From NCBI GenBank assembly GCA_964252035.1, contig OZ176212.1: a stretch of DNA of 64,000 nucleotides; one strand, written 5' to 3'. The notes beneath the pieces are model-generated. The model saw nothing but the letters and a program-made list of their open reading frames with translations, was not told where the DNA came from and searched no databases. Origin of the DNA: Podarcis erhardii (taxonomy: Eukaryota). Position 1 is the first letter of the stretch, and every line of letters begins with the position of its first letter. Position numbers and translations under genes: made by a program. This document shows positions 35,193 through 46,788 of the stretch, piece by piece.

Positions 35193-35344
35193 ATACTACA
35201 TATATGTCATGCAGATTGGATAAATTTCTCGTTTTTGCATATCAGTGTTTTGTTTTTGTGAGTCCTGGGAAGGGCACTGAAACCATGACCGGGAAATCTT
35301 ATTAAACACTATACCTCTCTGGCATCGTTCCATTTCTATAGGTA

Positions 35345-35586
35345 CAGTGGTACCTTGGTTCTCGAACTTAATCCGTATCTGGAGTCTGTTCGACTCCTGA
35401 AACGGTTCGAAAACCAAGGCACCGCCTCCGATTGGCTGCAGGAGCTTCCTGCACTGAAGCAGAAGCCGCATTGGACGTTTGGCTTCCGAAAAACGTTCAC
35501 AGACTGGAACACTTACTTCTGGGTTTGAGGCGTTTGGGAGCCGATTTGTTCAACCACTAAGCCTTTCGAGAACCAAGGTATCACTA
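35345..35586. mobile_element. Tc1/mariner-type MITE (family A)
   Basis: TA|CAGTGGTACCTTGGTTCTCGAA ... TTCGAGAACCAAGGTATCACTA. Confidence 0.92.
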
Positions 35587-36550
35587 TTGTCCACAGGAAC
35601 TGTATCCATCCACACTTCCTTTTGTGCTGAGCTTCCTAGGCACAGGCGCGGGATTTCCAAGTCCATGTACAAGCGATTCTTTTTTCCTTCTGCCACTGTC
35701 GCAGGGAAAATCTGCACTTTACCACTGAATCGGAACCAACCGCAATCTACGAAAAACCTGGTTGCAGTTTGCTCCGATCCAGTGATAAAATGCTGGTTTT
35801 CCTGGGAAAAGTGATGGAATCATAATTTTTTAAAAACCCACTCAGACCTGGACCTGGAAATCCTTTTGTGCTGCATGTATAAACACAGCTCCTGGAAGTG
35901 TGGGCAAGGCCTAAGTTCTCAGAATTGACCCATTGAATTTAACCGAACTTAAATTAGTCATGTCCTGATTTCAGCAGATGCACTCTAAGCATGACTAAGG
36001 TTGGATGCAAACCTGATGTGTTTTAAAAACCTATATTTGCAAAAAGGGAGATACACACCATTGAAATATTCAGAGTGTTAGCCATGTTGGCCTGTGTTGC
36101 AGCCAAAGCAACAAAGAATCTTGTAGCATCTTAAAGACTATAACACAATATTATGGCACAAGCTTTTGTGAAATAAACCCCACTTCATCAGATACACAAA
36201 GTGTCCTTCTCAGTTGCAAGCTATATTTCCATATGAGTGGGAGGGTTTGTAAGTAGTTAGGTCAGAGGGAAATGAAACGCAAAAAGCACACGCAATTAGA
36301 ACTTGAATGCATGAAAAAGAAAGCACAGTGACCCTTCAGAACAGCAGTGATAGGTAATAACATAATCAACTTAGAAATTAATATCTTTTGTCTCTATTCA
36401 GAACCAAATGAATGGAATTTAATTCCTTGATTAACTGTAAGCATTGGGACTTTGCTTTCAAGTTCCATTGTTCAAGGACGACCATCTTTAAGATTAGTAA
36501 GAGGGTAGCCTGGTAGCTTGAAATGTCTCCTGCCAAATTTCTGTTTATAG

Positions 36551-37053
36551 CAGAGGTTTTCAATCTTTTTGGATCCATGGCTCCATTGACCAACTATATT
36601 CTTTCTGCGGCACCTCTGTGGGGCTAAGGAGCCCAGATATGTCACCCCTTGCCTGCAGAGCTGGTAGCCTCTCAACCCTTTTTGAACACCCTTCCTTGTG
36701 GAGTGTCCCCTCAGCCTCCTCTCCTCTCCTCTCCTCTGGGCAGCCACTGCTACCACCCCTGGTCTCTGAGCCGCCCCCCACCCCCACCCCAAAGAGAGGT
36801 ACCTCCTCACACTGCCCCACAGGAGCCTGGGAAACAACCCTTGGCCGGCCCCAGAGATACCATTCACCTGGGGAGCTTGTAGCTGGGGCTGCTGCAACAA
36901 ACAGCTGTGCAAACCTTTGGGAGGCAGAGACGCAAGAGGGCATCAGAGGAGGGGGGGAAGGAAAGAGGGACAGAGACCAGTGTTACCCATGCCACCCCTG
37001 ACCATCATTCAAGGCACCCCAGGGTGCCACGGCACACTGGTTAAAAACCACTG
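36551..37053. mobile_element. hAT non-autonomous element (~500 bp)
   Basis: CAGAGGTTTTCAA / TTAAAAACCACTG ends; TSD GTTTATAG/GTTTATAT. Confidence 0.85.
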
Positions 37054-37136
37054 GTTTATATTATTGCCATTTCTGTTTTCAGGTTTGTGTCCATTGATTC
37101 TTTTTCACAAGGACTGGCCTATTTGTTCTGGCAAAT

Positions 37137-37538
37137 AACAACAATAATAATAATATCTTATTTATACCCCGCCCTCCCCGGCTAGGGTTGGGCTCAGGGC
37201 AGCTAACACCAAATATTAATTACAATAAAACATAATAGAAAAAAGCCAACAGTAAACAAACAAACAATTAATTAAAATACGGCTTAAAATATGGCTTAAA
37301 ATGCAGCCTTATTTTAGTAGTAGCCCATAAATCAAGACCATAAAGGGAGGAAACATCAGATAACTAGAAACATCAGATATTCACCCGAGCCAGCTATCCA
37401 TGCTGGTCCTACATGGGCTAGCAAAAAAGCCAAGGGAAAATTTAGATACCAAATCCCATATAAAGGGTCAGAGTGAGTCTAAGCTGAAGGCCAGTCGGAA
37501 CAGCTCCGTCTTGCAGGCCCTGCAGAAAGATGTCAAAT
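37137..37538 (-). mobile_element. L2-type 3' end inserted into the Penelope-like element
   Basis: (AAT)n-type tail and TTATTTATACCCCGCCC; GAAGGCCAGTCGGAACAGCTCCGTCTTGCAGGCCCTG; CAAAT on both flanks. Confidence 0.7.
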
Positions 37539-37747
37539 CAAATGCAGAAGGGCATTTCTGGCTGATGATAGCATGTATCCCATTGGAAGGTGAACTACTG
37601 AAAATTCAGTTTCTTGAGAAGCTTGATTCTGTGAACTGCAGGCTGGTGATAGCTAGCTTCTGAGTCTTGGAAGCCTCCTGTCAACAATCGCAGCATTGTA
37701 GTGATGAGTTGTGTTCGGTTTCTTACCTGCTTGGAGAACTCTTAAAT

Positions 37748-37865
37748 CAGCCTTCTTCAACCTGGAGCCCTCCAGATGTCTGGGACTATTAACTCCCATT
37801 AGCCCCAGACAGCACAGCTGTTGTAGTGCAAAAACATCTAGAAGGCACCACGTAGGAGAAGGCTG
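37748..37865. mobile_element. Family B hAT MITE
   Basis: CAGCCTTCTTCAACCTGG ... GTAGGAGAAGGCTG; flanks both end in TAAAT. Confidence 0.8.
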
Positions 37866-38611
37866 CCCTAAATCTTCCCAGGGAGTGCTTCTGGCCGACT
37901 AGTCATCCTGTACCTTGTACCTGTTCCTTTGGCTCTCCGTTTGGTCTGCTTAGTGCTAATTACTGAAGTGAGCGAGCTTCCTCTAAAGCATCTTACCTGC
38001 CTGATCCACTTTAGGCCACTAAGCTGACAGGTTGTGGAAATGGCTGGTGCAGGAAGTGGCCATTGCGTTAAGCTTCACAACGCGGCCTTTGGCATGGTGG
38101 TTTGTGATGGTTTCATGTCTCTTCTCCATTTGGGCCGCAGAATGTGAAGCCTAAGAGTTTCCTGTGTGTTCATTGCACATCTTTTGCCTTTTTTAAAAAA
38201 CAAAACAAAACTGAAAGCTTCTAGCCCTCGTGGTGAAACAAAACCTTTGAATGAAAGCCTGGGTTTGATTATTTTTTATGCATGGGATTAGATAAACGGT
38301 ATCCTGACCAAGGCTTTTGGAAATTGCTCGTATTCTTCAGGACTTCCAGAGAAATCTTATGCATGTTTACTTGGAAGTAAGACCCACCGTATTTAGTGGA
38401 GCTTAGTCCTCGGTAATATGTCAATAGGATTTGAGACTTAATTGGCTTATGATTTATTTATTTATTTATTTGGGTGGATATTCATGCTGATATGCAAGAG
38501 CCATTATTTTAAATGTGCATTTTGTGAAGTGGAGTTGACTTTTTTAAAATTAAAATAATCTAGTTTTGAGATGGAAGGAATTTGATTGTGAACAGCAGGT
38601 TGTGCACAGGG

Positions 38612-38615
<4 letters not shown>

Positions 38616-38672
<57 letters not shown>
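38616..38672. repeat. Compound (TG)n(AG)n microsatellite
   Basis: Seen directly. Confidence 0.95.
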
Positions 38673-38676
<4 letters not shown>

Positions 38677-38695
38677 AATTGACTAGTGCAGAAGA

Positions 38696-39085
38696 TCAAG
38701 GACCGCCTCTCTCCATATGAACCAACCTGGATCCTGCAATCACCACCTGAGGCCCTTCTTTGTGTGTCTCCTGCAGGAGTGGTCTAGAGAGCAGCAACAC
38801 AAACGCAGGCCTTTTCTGTGGTGGCTCCCCATTTGAAGAATGCTTTCCCCAGGGAGGCTCGCCTGGTGCCTTCGTTACATGTCTTTAGGCACCAGGCAAA
38901 AACATTCCTCTTCTTCCAGGCCTTTGGCTAATTAAACCATCTTTGGCCTTTTAAACTGTGTGTGAGAGAGGTGTGTGTGTGTATCATTTTTGTTTGTTAT
39001 TTTAATATGTATTTTTGTGGTTTTTATATTGTAAGCCGCCCTGTGATCTTCGGATAGAAATTTAATCAATAATAACAGTAATAGT
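38696..39085 (+). mobile_element. L2 LINE 3' end
   Basis: GACCGCCTCTCTCCATATGAACC...TTTAGGCACCAGGCAAAAACATTCCTC...GTAAGCCGCCCTG; same family as 18493. Confidence 0.9.
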
Positions 39086-40589
39086 GATCTTCAAGCCAGA
39101 TCCCAGAAAGAACTGATGGCGTATCCCATTGTTGACAGCCTTAGACATAATGAAAGGCTGTGCAATGCCTTACAACATGATGTGGGAGTTGAGGTGTGAG
39201 CATTAACAAATCCTATTCATTTTAGGGAATGAGTGATTTGCCTGCTTAAAATAAATAAATCCTGCTTTTGCACCTCATCTGGTTTCAAATATTCTGCCGG
39301 GCATTGACGATGCACACTCAAAAGTTTGCTTGCCCAACCTTGAGGTCTAGAAACTTACTTTCTCAGAGAGGAGCCTGAGATTCTCTGCAAACCGGAAGAG
39401 GAGATACTAACTGGTGGTGTATAGAAATTATTTCCCTTGCCTTCCCCCACATGCTGTGGCAGAGGGAAGGAACCCATTTGCTTATTATCCCGTTAGTCTC
39501 GGTCCTCCCCACTTATCTCATTGCTGCCAGTAAATTTCAGCTACAACCTTATAACCAACCCCAACCTCCTCCCTTGCACTGCTGTTTATAATCTCCGAGA
39601 TTTATTATAGGCACATGGATTCTTCTTATTGCAGCATGCAAACACCCCCACGCATCTATCCCAAGTTGCTTCTTTGCTCCCTTGTGTGTGTCTCTCTGTG
39701 TGTGTTATGCCACACTACAATATCGCAGCAGGGTTCCCTTGCTACACACACACACACACACACACCCTCCTTCGGCCACCACTTTGTTTCCAGGTGCAGC
39801 TTGGCTCCCTCTCAGCCCTGGACTTCGGCCGTGGCTTGTTTTGCAGCTGCAGAAGTCCTGAGTCAGCAGGAAAAATCCTTGCTGGGTGCAGGGATGGTGG
39901 GAACTGGGAGCCAGCCAGGCGGTTGCATGTTAAGAAGGTTGTTTAAACGGCTGGAAAAGGGGAGCCAGTTTATCTCCTGCAGTGACAAATTTTCTGTTTC
40001 GTTCGGGGCTTAATTTGAACTTGGAGCCTGGCCAAGGCTAAAAGCCCTGGAACCTACTTGCAAAGGGTGTTGCCGAGATGTGCTTCCCTTCTCCCTAAGA
40101 AGAAGGAAAAAGGGAGTCTCTGAACATGGGCAGAGCACTTTCCCTTCTCTGCCAAGGAGCCAGAATAACCTCTCATGAATCTTGGGTTAAGAAGAAGGCC
40201 AGCTTTCTTGGCAGAGGCGAGGATGATGTGCAGGCAGAACTGAGACCTAGAGAATCTGGAGCCTGAGAAACGAAGCACAGTTTTGTCTACATGCCAGAAC
40301 GACTCCTGACAGAACCGCTCTCGCTGATTCTTCCTTCCTGTGCTCCAGTGACGGTGGCCTAGCCCCATAACACTTTAGCAGCCGGTGGTTGCCGCGGTCT
40401 GATGAGGATGTGCTATCCAGTAATTTTCCACGCAGGTGCAATATTTATTATATTAGGGCTCTTTCCCCTGCCCTGGCATGCCCCTCTTCTGATGCTATCA
40501 ATCATGGTATCTAGACTGTGCTCATGGAGTAACATGAGGAGGAGCTGTAGTATCCCTCTATGTTTGAGGGAGGACCATAGCTCTGTTGC

Positions 40590-40730
40590 AGAGGATCTGC
40601 TCCTCCTGCTCCTTGATCTAGGAATGTCCATTGTCTAAAACCTTCATGAGCTGCTATTGGTCAGTGTGGGTGATGCTCAGCTAGACGGACCAGTGACCTG
40701 ACTCTGTGCAAGGTAGCTTCCGATGCTCCT
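40590..40730 (+). mobile_element. Squam2-like tail, degenerate
   Basis: GAGCTGCTATTGGTCAGTGTGGGTGATGCTCAGCTAGACGGACCAGTGACCTGACTC. Confidence 0.6.
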
Positions 40731-40969
40731 AGAAGGCATGGTGCTACAGTGCCTCTGACCTTTCTGGAGGGCTGGATCTGAAAGGTGATGTTGCACCCCA
40801 TGGCTGTTGGGGTGGCTGCCTCAGGGTTCCAGCCTTCCTCTCATGCGTTCTGAAACATCTATGTGAAATCTCTAGAAGAAGTCATCCAGAGGTTTGAGAT
40901 GAGCTGTCACCACCAGCGTGCAGAGAACACTCAACTCCTTTCCATTTGCTAATCCCAAGGAGGTAGGGT

Positions 40970-41107
40970 TGGGGTGGGATGGTAGGGCAAATATGTTGAA
41001 ACTTAATCCAGATAAGATGGAAGTACCATTGGATGGGAAGACCACTAATGCAAACCAAGGTTTGCAACCAGTTTTCAATAGGGTTGCACTGACCCTGAAG
41101 GAATCAG
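40970..41107 (+). mobile_element. L2 RT internal fragment
   Basis: RANMLKLNPDKMEV...PVFNRVALTLKE, homologous to the 19.3 kb part of the 18493 element. Confidence 0.75.
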
Positions 41108-41796
41108 CTATTTGGTTTTACTCTTGAGTAGACCCATTGAAATTAAATAACCTAATTTAGGGCTCATCCAGGTTTCTACTTGTCCTGAACAGATCCACAA
41201 AAGGTTATCTTGAAAATGCTAGAGGTGTTCAGTAAGTGGTCTTGGTCATCACCTAATTTTTACAGAAGAGACACTATGAGCCTCCTGCCCCACCATCTTG
41301 CAAAACACACCACCAGGAAGGCCCGTTGCCACGTGCACCAGTCATCCAGCATGCTTCCTTTTGCCTCCAGGTTCACAGTCAGTGTTAGAAATTAGCCAGG
41401 CGCCAGGTGCGTTTTTTGCGACTGGGCGCGGATCCAAATGTGACCACATGGGAGATCTCTGGATGCCTGGTTGGCAACTAGGGAAAGCAGAATGTCACTT
41501 AGAGAAGGATCTGAAATATTTTCCTTGAAACTTGAAATTCTTTTTATTCTGGATTCTTTCATTTGAAGTTTTAATGTGTTGCAAGCTGCTTTGAGATTAG
41601 TTCTTTAAGATATAAAGCGGTATAGGAATGAAGTGAATAAAAATAATACTAATAGCGAACTTCATTGGAGAAGAAATGCACCTAGACATTCCATTGTGGC
41701 GACCGTAACCTAGGTTTAAGGCGCCTTTTAGCGATTAGATTATACTGTATATTTGAATTTTTAACATAGTTGGCAACTGCTTGGGGTGTGTGTGCA

Positions 41797-41990
41797 GGAG
41801 GTGGCTCAGTGGTAAACCATTTGCTTTGCATGCAGAAGGTCCCTGGTTCATTTCCCCCCAGCACCCCTAGGTAGGGCTGGGGAAAATTCCCTGCCTACAG
41901 TGTTAGAGAGCCACTGTTAGTCAGAGCAGACAATACTGAGCTAGATAGACTCAGTAGTCTGACTCAGTATAAAACAGCTTCCTCTGTTCC
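41797..41990 (+). mobile_element. Squam2-like SINE, full length
   Basis: GGCTCAGTGGTA A-box, GCATGCAGAAGGTCCCTGGTTC, AGACAATACTGAGCTAGAT...CTGACTCAGTATAA..CAGCTTCCT tail. Confidence 0.88.
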
Positions 41991-42944
41991 CATGCTTTTA
42001 AGGTTGCAGTATTTGACCCTGGAGTACCCCAGTTGATGTTCCCTACTCAATAACTTGCATGCTGCTGTGCGGATGAAGTATAGAATCGGACTGTGTGTGT
42101 ATGTAATCTCTGAAATTATGTATTTTGACCACACAGCATTTTAATGGCTTCGATTCTAGCGATAGCCGGTGTTTGTGTGCTGTGCGGGAGAATCTTGGAA
42201 GTCACGCTGACCTTCATATCTGCAAGAGCGTTGGCCATCATTCCAGACACTAAATCTGCAGGCGTTGGTTATGTGACATGCTCTGTGAACAGGATTATAT
42301 ACGAGTGTTTGTACATATATTTATATAGTTTGTGTGTGTGTGTTTTATCTGTTTGTCTTTTTTCTCCAGTTTGAAACCCTCTGGTTATTTGGCACAGTAG
42401 GAATTCTGTGTGCTTTTATAGGAAATGATTTGCATCTCTTGTGTTTTGGGAAGTGGCCCGCTTTTGATGTTATTGGAATTAGTTGCTGTATTAAATCTCT
42501 TTTTTTTAAAAAAAAAACAACGACGAAAACTGAAATGACAGTCCTAGACAGCACTTACTCACAAGTAAGCAGGGAAGTAGCAATTGATGCGGATGATTGG
42601 GCCTAGCTGTCTGGGAGGCAGACTTTCACAAAGGGCATAAAGAATCCATTTATAAAGAAAGCCATTCGCACAATTGCTAATTGTATGAGTGGCAACTGTC
42701 TAAAAGTAAATCGTAGGTGTAAATTGGTACCGTGACATGGGGGCCATGTTGTCATGTTGTTGTTTTTTTAAAAAAAAACCTTTGTCCCCACTGCAGTCAT
42801 AATTTGGACTGGGGCTTCCATGCCCAATATTTACATTGGAGATTTTAGTTGGAGTGAATGGGAAACCAAAAAATTAAAAGCAATCACAGCCCTTACCATG
42901 CAACTATTTTATCAGTGTTGCTAATAAATAACGCACCATTTCTG

Positions 42945-43150
42945 ATTAGCACTTTAAAGTGTGCAAAGTGCTTCTTCGCCTACATTATGCAGTTGTAATC
43001 TTTACCTATAAGGTAGGTTAGTAGCATTGTCACCTATATTGCAGGCGGCAGTGGACTGAGTCTGAAAGAGAGAGAGCGTGTGGTGAGATTTGAACCCAAG
43101 GACTTGTTGCTCAGTCTCTTAGCTTCTCCGCTAAACCGCTTTACACCACT
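42945..43150 (-). mobile_element. MIR/Ther1-like SINE
   Basis: AAAGTGCTT tail, AAGGTAGGT core, GATTTGAACCCAAGG B-box. Confidence 0.6.
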
Positions 43151-43159
43151 ATGTCACCA

Positions 43160-43305
43160 CCTTCCCCCAAAGCATTCTGGGAGCTGTAGTTCGTTAAAGG
43201 TGCTGGCAGTTGTTAGGAAGCCCCTGTTCCCCTCATGGAACTACAGTTCCCAAAGTGGTTTTACAATCAGTACCTCTTCCCAGGGAATTCTGGGAATGGC
43301 TGTGC
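43160..43305. mobile_element. Family C MITE fragment
   Basis: CTTCCCCCAAAGCATTCTGGGAGCTGTAGTT...GGAACTACAGTTCCCA. Confidence 0.75.
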
Positions 43306-45274
43306 CACAGGTGCACACAGTTGTTGAGCTGAAAATTAGCGATAGCAAACATTTGGCTTGAAAAGGTTTTTTGCGAAGGTGAAAGGTATACATCAGTGGT
43401 GTATTTTGTTTCTTTCCTAGAGCTGTGCTGAAATTTTCTCCTTCATTTCCCTCCCCCCCGCCAACCACTCTCCCATCAGTTAGCGAGAGAAGAAATTGCA
43501 TTTGAAAATTATCAAAAGGAAGGGAGAAATGTTTTGGTGAAGTTCCACTGTGGAGGGCTTTTGGTGTTCTTAATTTACCTTTGAAGATGCCCTTTTATTT
43601 CATTCTGCAAATCATCTCTCCAGTGGCCTGGACGCTGCAGCCCAGGGGCAAGACACCATGAGTTAATTCTTCCCGTGAGCTGGAAGTGTGGGCAGCCAGG
43701 GAATCTGCAATGTGCTGGATAAATGTTTATCGGAAAGAAAGAAAGAAAACCCCTCATGCATCACACTTGGCCACCTCTGAGTTCAAAACCCTTCAGCCAA
43801 CGCAGTTCTTACATGCCCTCCGAATGAGGCAGAAAAACAGAAACCTCTTTCCAAAGGGAAGACAACTTTTGAGACCTTGGAGGATGGATTTTGGCACAGA
43901 ACCAGCTTTTTTCACCTCCATATTCGCAGTGCTGATGCTCCTCCCACCAGCGATGGCAGTTTTTCTCTCGACAACAGAGAGCTGCCGTGTATTTCCAGCA
44001 GAAATTCCCTCAGAAATGCTCAATGCCATGATGTAACATGGCTCTGAGGGAGCTTGTGGGTAAAAGAAAAAACATGATGGCAGCCCGAACAGTGTCACGT
44101 GGTGCCAAAACGGCCAACTCTGGCTTTAATTCCCCAAACTGGAGGGAAAACCAGAGGTTTGTTTTGATGCTGAATGGTCCAGCGCACTGGGGACCACTGC
44201 CTCCCAGCCCCAAAGCGGCCAGACCCAGAGATCTTCCCCATAACTGACATGCTCCTAAGCACAGGGCACCTGTGGAGATAATGGATGCCTGCTTCCTAGC
44301 TCCAAGACGAAGAGGAAGGCTTTGACACCCTCACTGAACGGCCATGGGTTATTTGCCTTGTTGGGGAGGATGGTAGGCAGCTGGCCCAGGGATATCTGTC
44401 AGGCCGCACAACGACCGCCTCATCCAGTTTCCAGAATATTCCGAGTCTACTCCTAAAATGGCTCCCCTTCCATCATACACAGGGTTCAGACCTTGGATTG
44501 TATTTGGGGCAGAATGAGACCCCATCCCTAATTTGAAGGCCAAGCTTCTTGTTTCTACTGCCACATAGAGTTCAACCCACATTGCTCCACGTCGTGGCTG
44601 CTGTCTGTGAAGCGAGACGGCTGCAGTGGGTTTGGGGTGACATTAAGGGTGATGGGATGGGAGCCAGGACAGATGGTGTCCTGTGGGGCAGAAACAGAAT
44701 GGTCTGCTGTGCAAGCTCAGCTGCAGTGAGCTCTTACCCAGCTCTGCCTCCCCTTTCAGGGAGGCTCCTGCAAGAGAAACCTGCAAGTGGATTTTCCCCG
44801 GTGTTGATTTGGTATGTTCAGCATTTGGATTTCCCACCTCCAAACCAAATTGCATACTGTAGTTACGCTTCCCCAACCCCCACTGCCTCAATGAGGGTTT
44901 CTATTGTCAAGTTGTTTATTTTCAGAAAATGCAACTTCCAAATTTCACAGAAGCTTTGCATTCCATGAGAATTTGGATCATCACAAGGGTGTTTGGGGGA
45001 GCAGGGGAGGGGCTTGTTTGTTTTAAAAAAGTGACTTTCAGTTTACACACCTAAATTTCAGAGGAGCTTTGCCTGCCCCTGCTCATCTGGATAAGCAAAT
45101 ATTTCAAGCATTGTTTTGGCATGTTTTTTTGGGGGTGGTGGGGGTGGGAATCCCATTTGTGTGGAAGCAGGGGTGTTGGGAAGAGCCCTAGTGTGCAAAG
45201 GAACATGGAAGGGGGGGGGACAAGTCAGGTACAGTTTAACTCCTTCCTTCCTGCAGCTGAGCTCTCTTGCAAGC

Positions 45275-45285
45275 TTTCTCTCTCC

Positions 45286-45334
<49 letters not shown>
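45275..45334. repeat. Compound (CT)n(GT)n microsatellite
   Basis: Seen directly; another at 46331-46390. Confidence 0.95.
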
Positions 45335-45339
<5 letters not shown>

Positions 45340-46350
45340 GCAACTGCGTGCCTGCACTGTGCACAGAAGAGGGTGTGTGGGCCCTGGCTCAAGTTTACGT
45401 GGGAGCCATGGTGGCCTCCCCCAACAGATGCTCTGTGGTGGATTGTGCTGCATCGACTGCCCTTTTCTCCTCTCCACCCCCCTCCCCGCTTTTCCAAGCA
45501 CTTAGGCTTAATTAAACATCTTCCGAATTGGCTGGACAAGGAACTGCCTGGGCCTGGCTGCTTGCCACCCCTTGCAGGGTGGAGAGGCTTTAGATGGGGA
45601 CACTGGCAAAGGGCTTGGATTTGTCACAGTCAAGCAACAGCACCCCCTCCCCTTCTTCAGTGGAAAGGTTCCCCCCCCCTCCGCCTTCTCCTTTGGGTTT
45701 CTTTTGGACATACAAGCTCTTTAATCTCTACCTACTCATGCACTTCCCCCAATTTTCTCCTAATATGCATTCAGCCTCAACCAAGATAGTCTAGGCAGGA
45801 AATCGCTATAGGTGTTAATGCCTAGAATCTAAGGACATCTCCCCAACCACCGTGCATTCTGCTCAGCTCTGGTTGTTTAAACGGGTTGGCTCTGTTAAAA
45901 CCGGCAACTAGAAATATATTTTTTCTGACCCCAGTTGAGTTTCTCACTGCTTGCTGTCCACTTCTCCTCTTGCTTCTCCTCCTCCTCCTCCTCTCCTAAG
46001 CACCTTTGGGCTCCCTGATAAGGTGGAAGAAGGACTACACCATTCCTGTTAAATCAGGGAAAGTCTTATAAAAAAGGAAAGGACACACTCAGATTGATGA
46101 CACTGAACCTTCGTTTGTGGGGAACGTCCAGCCTGCAACGGCTCCATCTTCGTTAGACGGAAGGAGGAGTCAGTGCGGGATGCAGAGCTAAACTGTATAC
46201 ATTCAGCAGCATCGGGTGATGCAACTGGTACGATGCTGTACCATTTCCAGCTGCAAAGGGCAGTGAGGGGGTAGTGTTGCATGTTTGAATAACCTCCCAT
46301 TTAAAAGACAGAGAGTTTCCCTTTGCATAGAAAATAGCCTGTCAGAACTG

Positions 46351-46384
<34 letters not shown>

Positions 46385-46707
46385 ATGTGTTTAATGTTGG
46401 AGGCTTTTAAATGTCCGATTTCCCAGCCTGAGATGGTGTACTCCAGCAAAAGCTGCATCCCATAATTTTGTTTACCTGAAGGAAGCAAACTTGATAACCT
46501 GAAAGAGGTGCTTCACCTGCTGGCGTTCCACCACCGTCTCCCCACCGCCCCCCAAAAAGACTGTTCATGTACTCAGGGTGGTTGAACACTACCATGCTTC
46601 CAGTTTTTAATGCACTCAGAGTGGAAATAGATGAAGTGTTGAATGTGGAGGTCTGTCCTGTGCGCTGCTCTTCACTGTGTAAATGAAGGTGGTTCCTAAC
46701 TCCCATC

Positions 46708-46788
46708 CATTAATCTCAGGGTCGAGCCCCATGTTGGGCAAAAGATTCCTGCATTGCAGGGGGTTGGACCAACTCTATAATTCTATGA
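46708..46788 (+). mobile_element. tRNA-Lys-headed CR1-tailed SINE, doubly deleted
   Basis: TTAATCTCAGGGTCGAGCCCCATGTTGGGC + CATTGCAGGGGGTTGGAC..CAACTCTATAATTCTATG. Confidence 0.8.

Larger units (their letters stand above)
36070..37600 (-). mobile_element. Older Penelope-like element (GIY-YIG C-terminus plus terminal repeat), interrupted twice
   Basis: Minus-strand pieces NGIHAIISQKCPSAF / IGQSL*KRINGHK / LKMVVLEQWNLK...LNSIHLVLNRDK; terminal repeat with decayed hammerhead at ~36157-36195. Confidence 0.8.

Noticed and set aside
40399-40492. CTGATGA plus GGAT/ATCC stem as a hammerhead or C/D snoRNA
   Set aside because: Stem is followed by AGTAA, not GAAA; box C lacks the 5' purine and there is no terminal stem around the CTGA at 40489
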